From the IMG/VR virus record IMGVR_UViG_3300020380_000001, positions 1 to 64,000 of that record: DNA of 64,000 nucleotides; one strand, 5' to 3'. How positions within the stretch are numbered: the first letter of the stretch is position 1; each line of letters starts with the position of its first letter. The notes beneath the pieces are model-generated. The model was given only the letters and a program-made list of their open reading frames with translations. It did no database searches and was not told the DNA's origin. Shown here one piece after another: positions 58,599-64,000 of this stretch. The position numbers and the translations under genes are program-made.

Positions 58599-59420
58599 GT
58601 GTTGTACACCATATATTTATGTAACCATGAAAGTACCGTTTTCGTGGGAATACCGAGGACTTATAGCATGAATGACAATGATACCATCACCCTCCACCGC
58701 GGTGTTGACAATACTCATTATTTTAGAGTCCGTAACCGTGACATGAAACGCCAGAATGTGAGCGGGCTTGTGGTTATGGCGAAGATTGTAGATCGCATGA
58801 ATGGCGATAAAGTATTTGAAAAAAGATTAGTACAAACTGACGATGATCAGTTTTCATTAAGTGTACTCGAAGGTGAGCTACTAGAGGTTGAGCCTGGCTA
58901 TTACGAGATGGTTCTTGAGTCTATGGAAATGTTCGACACTAACAATTACGAACATAACCCGCGCCAACCTCTTTACCGTGACTTGAACGGCGAGATTCGC
59001 TTCGAAGTAGAGGTAACAGGCCACGCAGATAGCACACCGCGCCCTAGTAGAGAAGAGATAAAACCGTTTGAAAAGTGGCTTCCTACTTTAAAAGACGGCG
59101 TAACTGTGTATAGTAGCTCAGCCATACCCTGTAACGCTCTAAGAAACCACAGAAACAGTTTGCACACGATGTCTATCCAAGCAGATAACTTTAGTGGAAC
59201 GCTAGAGATATACGGTACTCTGGAGTTAGATCCGCCGCCGGACAATAATTCTTGGTTCCCTGTTACCATACAGGATTTGCCAGTAAATGAGATACAAATG
59301 GATAAGTTCACAGGTACACACGCGTTCAACGTAGTGGGTAATCTTTACTGGGTGAAGTTCATTCTCAAAGGCGATTTGGAAAACATGGGAACTTTTGACA
59401 AACTGACTTGGCGATCTTGA
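58599..59420 (+). CDS. hypothetical, probably virion structural protein
   Basis: CTAAATA at 58570; beta-rich; LHRGVDN..F.V.N.D.K motif. Confidence 0.65.
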   Translation: MLYTIYLCNHESTVFVGIPRTYSMNDNDTITLHRGVDNTHYFRVRNRDMKRQNVSGLVVMAKIVDRMNGDKVFEKRLVQTDDDQFSLSVLEGELLEVEPGYYEMVLESMEMFDTNNYEHNPRQPLYRDLNGEIRFEVEVTGHADSTPRPSREEIKPFEKWLPTLKDGVTVYSSSAIPCNALRNHRNSLHTMSIQADNFSGTLEIYGTLELDPPPDNNSWFPVTIQDLPVNEIQMDKFTGTHAFNVVGNLYWVKFILKGDLENMGTFDKLTWRS

Positions 59421-59478
59421 TTATTTTGGTAGCCGGTATTATACTACTGCGCATAAAAGCCAAAATAATAAGAAGAAT

Positions 59479-60687
59479 ATGAGCTGGGATCAGAAGTTAC
59501 TAGATACTATACTAGAGAATTTCGGGCCACATAAAATATCAAGAAAAGGTTTCAGGACTAGAAATTGCCCGATGTGTGTTACTAAAGGACACACGCCTGA
59601 CACCAAGAAACGATTCGGTATGAAAGTCGATCATAAAGGCTTCGGTGGGTCGTGCTTCAATTGCGGCTTTAAGTTCAAATACGAATATCACAAGAAACAG
59701 CTGAGCAAGCCGCTCAAGTCATTTATGCGCCAACTCGGCGTTAAAAAGCAACTCATAGATGAGATCAAGTACGGGTTATTTGAAGACCTGCACAGTGGTG
59801 TCATCTCTGACTTGATGCTTGAGCCGGAGCCCGAAGAAACAGAAGTTCCGTTTGCTGAACTATTCAAAGACAAGAAGCCCAAACTCAACGAAGTTGCACA
59901 AAGTCTTATTAAAGACGAGAAACAAATACGTCAAATACTCAGAACAAGGATAACAGATAATGTCATGCCTGAGTTTAACGAGTTTAGTACCCGTTACGTG
60001 CAAATAACAAAGCGCTGGTCACGCGAGCATAGTTATCCGGGTGATGCTAAGCCTATGAGTTATTACCTTGATAGAGCTGAGCTGGGGCATCCTATTCCTG
60101 CTGATGTGAATGAGTGTTTGCTTTATATGTACGAACGTGACTTGCTTGAGTTCGACGACATATGTTGGAGTTACGCTGTCACTAAAGAAGCAGGCAATCG
60201 TATAATACTTCCGTTTGAATTTGGCGGTAAACGGATCGGTTATACGGCGCGTGCAGTAAATGACCGCGCTGCAAAGATTAAAAAGTATCATTCAATGATG
60301 CCGGACGATGCGATATTCAATTACCACTTATTCCATAACAACTACAAACGAACGTTTGCGGTGTTGTATGAAGGTGTTATTGACGCGTATGTTATGCAAG
60401 GCATGGCATGTGGCGGAAGAAACATTAACGATGATCAAATATACATGATCAAAAATTTAGGCATGCCTGTAATTGTTGTGCCTGATAACGACAAAGACGG
60501 CGACGACTTGATCGACATAGCTATAAGGGAAGGCTGGTCAGTATCGTTTCCGCCTTGGAAACATAAATTTAAGGACGCGGCGGCTGCCGCTGCTAAGTAC
60601 GGTAGGATTTACACAATCCAAAGTATACTAGCTAGCGTAGAGACTAATCCACTAACAATAAATCTAAAAAAGGATATGAATGTCTGA
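59479..60687 (+). CDS. gp61: DNA primase (gp61-like)
   Basis: N-terminal CPMC...H..CFNC zinc ribbon; GYTAR; TOPRIM YEGVIDA and PDNDKDG. Confidence 0.85.
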   Translation: MSWDQKLLDTILENFGPHKISRKGFRTRNCPMCVTKGHTPDTKKRFGMKVDHKGFGGSCFNCGFKFKYEYHKKQLSKPLKSFMRQLGVKKQLIDEIKYGLFEDLHSGVISDLMLEPEPEETEVPFAELFKDKKPKLNEVAQSLIKDEKQIRQILRTRITDNVMPEFNEFSTRYVQITKRWSREHSYPGDAKPMSYYLDRAELGHPIPADVNECLLYMYERDLLEFDDICWSYAVTKEAGNRIILPFEFGGKRIGYTARAVNDRAAKIKKYHSMMPDDAIFNYHLFHNNYKRTFAVLYEGVIDAYVMQGMACGGRNINDDQIYMIKNLGMPVIVVPDNDKDGDDLIDIAIREGWSVSFPPWKHKFKDAAAAAAKYGRIYTIQSILASVETNPLTINLKKDMNV

Positions 60688-62080
60688 TTACATCCAAGAA
60701 TATACTCCGCAGGTCGAGGAGTTATTCATTCAATTTTTCTTAAGCGATCCTGAATTATTTGTGCGCTGTCGTAATGTGATTAAGTCTGATCACTACGCCT
60801 CTGAGACAAATAAAAAGACTGTCGATTTCATGGTAAAATATGCTGATGAATACAGCGCATTGCCTGACTTAGATCAATTAAAAGCGGTGGTGGGCAAACA
60901 ATTCAACGTAACAAAGGACCTGCAAGATGAGCACAAGGAATGGTTCCTTGATAACTACGAAAAGTTTGCTCGACACAAAGAAATTATCAAAGCTGTCCTT
61001 GATGCTCCGCGCTTAATTGAAAAGAAAGAATACGGCAGCGTTGAACAACTAGTTAAAGAAGCAGTGCAAGTAGGTCTTGTTAAAGACTTGGGTACTGATT
61101 ACTTCGACGATCCGTTAGGCCGTTTGCGGCGCATGAAAGAAAAGAAACCTCTTGTGTCCACCGGGTATAGGGATTTGGACCACGCGTTGTTTGGTGGTGT
61201 TGAAGTAGGTTCACTTAACATTTACGCAGGACAATCCGGTACTGGTAAGAGTATTTTCCTACAAAATTCTGCAAGAAAGTCTGTCATGCGCGGTGAAAAT
61301 GCGATGTACATATCACTGGAACTGTCGGAGGACTTGTGTGCGTTGCGTCTAGACGCTATGTTTGCGGGGTTGAGTACACAAAACGTGATGAGAGATAGTG
61401 AAGACGCTTCGACTCGTATTGCTATGTTTGCTAAAAAGTACGGCGGCTCACTACAAATAAAACGTTTTCCGTCCGGTACCACTGCTGCTGAGATTCGTGC
61501 TTACGTTAAAGAGTATCAGATCCAGACAGGCCGCAAAGTAAACAAACTGTGTGTTGACTACTTGGACTTATGCTCGCCTTACCGTACTAAAGTAAATGCT
61601 AGTGACGTATTCACCAAAGACAAATATGTGTCGGAAGAGTTGCGTGACTTGGCAGCTGAATTAGACGTTGTGTTGGATACAGCCTCGCAGCTTAACCGTG
61701 ACAGTCACGAAGCAGTTGACTTTGGGCACCAACACATTGCAGGCGGTGTATCTAAAATTAACACAGCCGATAACGTGTTCGGCATTTACGTAACAAACAC
61801 CATGAAAGAGAACGGCCGTTATCAGTTACAACTTTTGAAGACACGCTCTTCAAGTGGTGTAGGTAAACGTATTGATTTAAAATACAATCCTGCTACTATG
61901 CAAATGGACGATCTTGAAGAAGGCGAGCGCGGAAGTATTGAGACACAAACCAGTTCTATTCTAGATTCTATAAATAAGAAAGGGACAATGGGCAAAGAGC
62001 CGCCCGCACCTACGCAAGATGCGTCCAGTACCGTGGATGCGTTCTCTAAAGTTAGGAATAGTTTGCGTAGAAGTGATTAA
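60680..62080 (+). CDS. gp41: replicative DnaB-like helicase (gp41-like)
   Basis: AGQSGTGKS, ISLELSE, VDYLDL, SEELR.LA, TASQLNR, LLKTRSS. Confidence 0.92.
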   Translation: MSDYIQEYTPQVEELFIQFFLSDPELFVRCRNVIKSDHYASETNKKTVDFMVKYADEYSALPDLDQLKAVVGKQFNVTKDLQDEHKEWFLDNYEKFARHKEIIKAVLDAPRLIEKKEYGSVEQLVKEAVQVGLVKDLGTDYFDDPLGRLRRMKEKKPLVSTGYRDLDHALFGGVEVGSLNIYAGQSGTGKSIFLQNSARKSVMRGENAMYISLELSEDLCALRLDAMFAGLSTQNVMRDSEDASTRIAMFAKKYGGSLQIKRFPSGTTAAEIRAYVKEYQIQTGRKVNKLCVDYLDLCSPYRTKVNASDVFTKDKYVSEELRDLAAELDVVLDTASQLNRDSHEAVDFGHQHIAGGVSKINTADNVFGIYVTNTMKENGRYQLQLLKTRSSSGVGKRIDLKYNPATMQMDDLEEGERGSIETQTSSILDSINKKGTMGKEPPAPTQDASSTVDAFSKVRNSLRRSD

Positions 62081-62104
62081 CTCTAGGATAAAACAGGCAG
62101 GATA

Positions 62105-62398
62105 ATGAAAGTATCTGATTTAGATAATTATGATTCGATACCAGAGAGTCGTAAATCGCTACAAGATATTCTTGGGCAGTTTGCAGACATTCCCGTAGAT
62201 CATATGTCTGACGAGCACACTGAACGCGGTATCAAGGTGCTCGAAGCCGCACTGAATTTTTTCAATTCACTAGAAGCTAACTATGGCGAAGAAGTTGCAG
62301 TAGTAGTGGAACGGAAATTCTGTAACGCAGTAAAAGCGAAGAATACTGACAAGTTTGAACGTCAGTTAAAGGAATCCATCAATGGCCAGAAAAAGTAA
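62105..62398 (+). CDS. hypothetical protein
   Basis: ORF with AGGA RBS. Confidence 0.7.
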   Translation: MKVSDLDNYDSIPESRKSLQDILGQFADIPVDHMSDEHTERGIKVLEAALNFFNSLEANYGEEVAVVVERKFCNAVKAKNTDKFERQLKESINGQKK

Positions 62399-62546
62399 AG
62401 TTTGGCTTAACCCGAACGGCTCAGCCGACAAGGAAACGGTAGACCCGAAAGCGGAAGCTGTCTACAATAGTCTAAAAAGCACAGAGAAGACCGTTTTTGT
62501 AAAGGCATTGCATGATGAAAAAAGAAAAAAACGCCTTGACCGGTAA
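62382..62546 (+). CDS. 54-aa hypothetical protein (not in ORF track)
   Basis: MARKSKVWLNPNG...KRLDR; AAGGA RBS; overlaps its neighbours. Confidence 0.45.
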   Translation: MARKSKVWLNPNGSADKETVDPKAEAVYNSLKSTEKTVFVKALHDEKRKKRLDR

Positions 62547-64000
62547 GCTTTTGCAGGTTTTAGAACCTCGTGATATATCTATATCGCGCAAAGCCGGCGA
62601 GATTATAGAACAGGCGGTGACTACTAACCTGCAGATGATTAACCAAGTTGCTGCGTCAAGCAACGTGTCTGCCAAGGATGTAGTGGACCTTTGTGTGCAA
62701 CTATCAGCACAACCGGAAACATCTGTTCTTTCAACTCTACGATATGTATCGTCGTCGTACTTTCTTAGCAATGAAGCGAACCGCGCTTTTAAGTACGTTA
62801 TTATGACGGGTTTAGATTCAGATGTGATTCGCACACATGATGGTCAAACTGCAATTGGTGACCCCGATCTTAACCCGGATTTGGTCTTATCACAGCACGA
62901 CGAATGTGCATTTATAACCATGCTTTCGTTAGCAAATTACCCGTACAAGCACGCAACCACGCCGCAAGTACAGGATTATTGGCAACTATTACTGGGCGAA
63001 ATACTTTCGCTTTACGGTGGTTCATTATTGCCAACCGCGTATATGGTACTATCCGAGGCAGTGGGTGTCGTGTCTACTATGTTTGATTCTGCGCCACGTA
63101 TATACCGCAGTATTATTCGTCAAAGTACACTAAGCCCTGAATACAAGCATTCACTGATTAACGAACACGCCGCGCCGGTTGATAAGAAGCGTGGCATCAC
63201 GCATTTAGAAGATTTAGACGATGCTCTGTTTCACCGAGCAATTAATGATTTGGAACTATGTGTTGTAACTGAGAAACTGGACGGAAGTAATATGCGATTT
63301 GGCGTAGAAAACGGCCAGATGTATACCGTGTTTGGGAATCTGGATAAGGTATATTCAGTTGACGAACATCCCGAAAACTTCAGTAGCAACTATCGGATAT
63401 TTGCTCACCGCGCATTGTTAACTCGTGAAAGCGAAGTGACATCGCTGGGCGACTTTGAAATAGAAGTAGAAGTGCTTTACGACGAGATACCCAACGTAAT
63501 TCGTTACGACGATACAGTGAATGACATCGTGTTATTAAGGCAGTTAAAGGGCGACCCGCACATACTGCCTAAAGTCGCTGAGATTTACGAGTCAAATGGT
63601 ATCACTAGTGTCGAGCATGATTGCTTAGTTAGTAGAGACGGCAATACTGCGCTAAAAGAAAAGCGAACATCTAAAGTTATGTTCAGTGAAGTTCCGCAAA
63701 TGTCACAGAAGTTCTTACAAGAGTCCTTGGCTAAAAGCGACTTAAGTACTGCAATTGAGCAATACAACGCAAATCTAGGTGAGACAGACGCAGAGACAGG
63801 TATGTCAGTAAGCGAAGTTGCAAACTTTAAACTGAACGGCAAACGTCCCGAAGATACTGACCAAGATACTTGGAATTCTTTAAAACAAAAAGTCAAAGAC
63901 TCAAGAAACCCGTGCCGTGACAAGATCAAAAAAGCCAAGCAAGAGGTGAAGAAACACCTCTTATCTGCGCTGGTTCATTCTAGTACAAGTAAGTTTTCTG
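62512..64000 (+). CDS. partial large protein with ligase-like KxDG nucleotidyltransferase domain (runs off the window; not in ORF track)
   Basis: Frame open from ATG 62512 to the window end; GITHLEDL...VTEKLDGSNMRFG at ~63193-63303. Confidence 0.75.
   Translation, partial: MMKKEKNALTGKLLQVLEPRDISISRKAGEIIEQAVTTNLQMINQVAASSNVSAKDVVDLCVQLSAQPETSVLSTLRYVSSSYFLSNEANRAFKYVIMTGLDSDVIRTHDGQTAIGDPDLNPDLVLSQHDECAFITMLSLANYPYKHATTPQVQDYWQLLLGEILSLYGGSLLPTAYMVLSEAVGVVSTMFDSAPRIYRSIIRQSTLSPEYKHSLINEHAAPVDKKRGITHLEDLDDALFHRAINDLELCVVTEKLDGSNMRFGVENGQMYTVFGNLDKVYSVDEHPENFSSNYRIFAHRALLTRESEVTSLGDFEIEVEVLYDEIPNVIRYDDTVNDIVLLRQLKGDPHILPKVAEIYESNGITSVEHDCLVSRDGNTALKEKRTSKVMFSEVPQMSQKFLQESLAKSDLSTAIEQYNANLGETDAETGMSVSEVANFKLNGKRPEDTDQDTWNSLKQKVKDSRNPCRDKIKKAKQEVKKHLLSALVHSSTSKFS

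Noticed and set aside
36788-62080. Inteins, introns or homing endonucleases in ligase, terminase, UvsX, UvsW or helicase
   Set aside because: Protein lengths and motif spacing are normal; no LAGLIDADG/HNH/GIY-YIG ORF was recognised.
351-63938. Numerous antisense or overlapping ORFs in the track (e.g. 9030-9425 -, 15295-15930 -, 37570-38118 -, 38134-38490 -, 40023-40508 -)
   Set aside because: They are shadows of well-supported genes or terminators, with no RBS or recognisable motifs.
1-64000. Genome-wide TAG recoding (alternative genetic code)
   Set aside because: Essential genes are full length without internal TAG, and TAG ends several genes at sensible positions; only local suppression is plausible.

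Overview
The window is the core structural, packaging and replication region of a large T4-superfamily-like ('jumbo') myovirus. Gene order and protein signatures resemble the RaK2/GAP32-like group, but this is an inference from memory, not a search. It contains a Holliday-junction resolvase, baseplate and tape-measure-like genes, portal, scaffolds, prohead protease and major capsid protein. It also has a 2012-aa repeat fibre, neck and tail-completion proteins, UvsE, an S8 protease, dNMP kinase, tail sheath and tube, DNA ligase, terminase, gp32/UvsX/UvsY/UvsW, DHFR, a miniature DnaE-like protein, a TROVE/VWA protein, an HD hydrolase, primase and helicase. Late genes follow a (C/A/G)TAAATA motif and several non-structural genes follow sigma70-like promoters. 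Four features stand out. (1) A ~1.4-kb ORF-free block (~921-2310) folds by eye into many nested helices with plus-strand G-U pairs, a candidate giant ncRNA. (2) An atypical tRNA with a CUA (amber) anticodon lies ~170 nt upstream of a 2OG-Fe(II) oxygenase gene whose strong-RBS start is followed by an in-frame TAG at codon 3. (3) An isolated 30-aa hydrophobic peptide unit has a possible convergent antisense RNA (type I TA-like). (4) A 210-aa C-family polymerase-like protein retains the catalytic motifs. All product calls come from motif recognition by eye; no database searches or folding computations were run.
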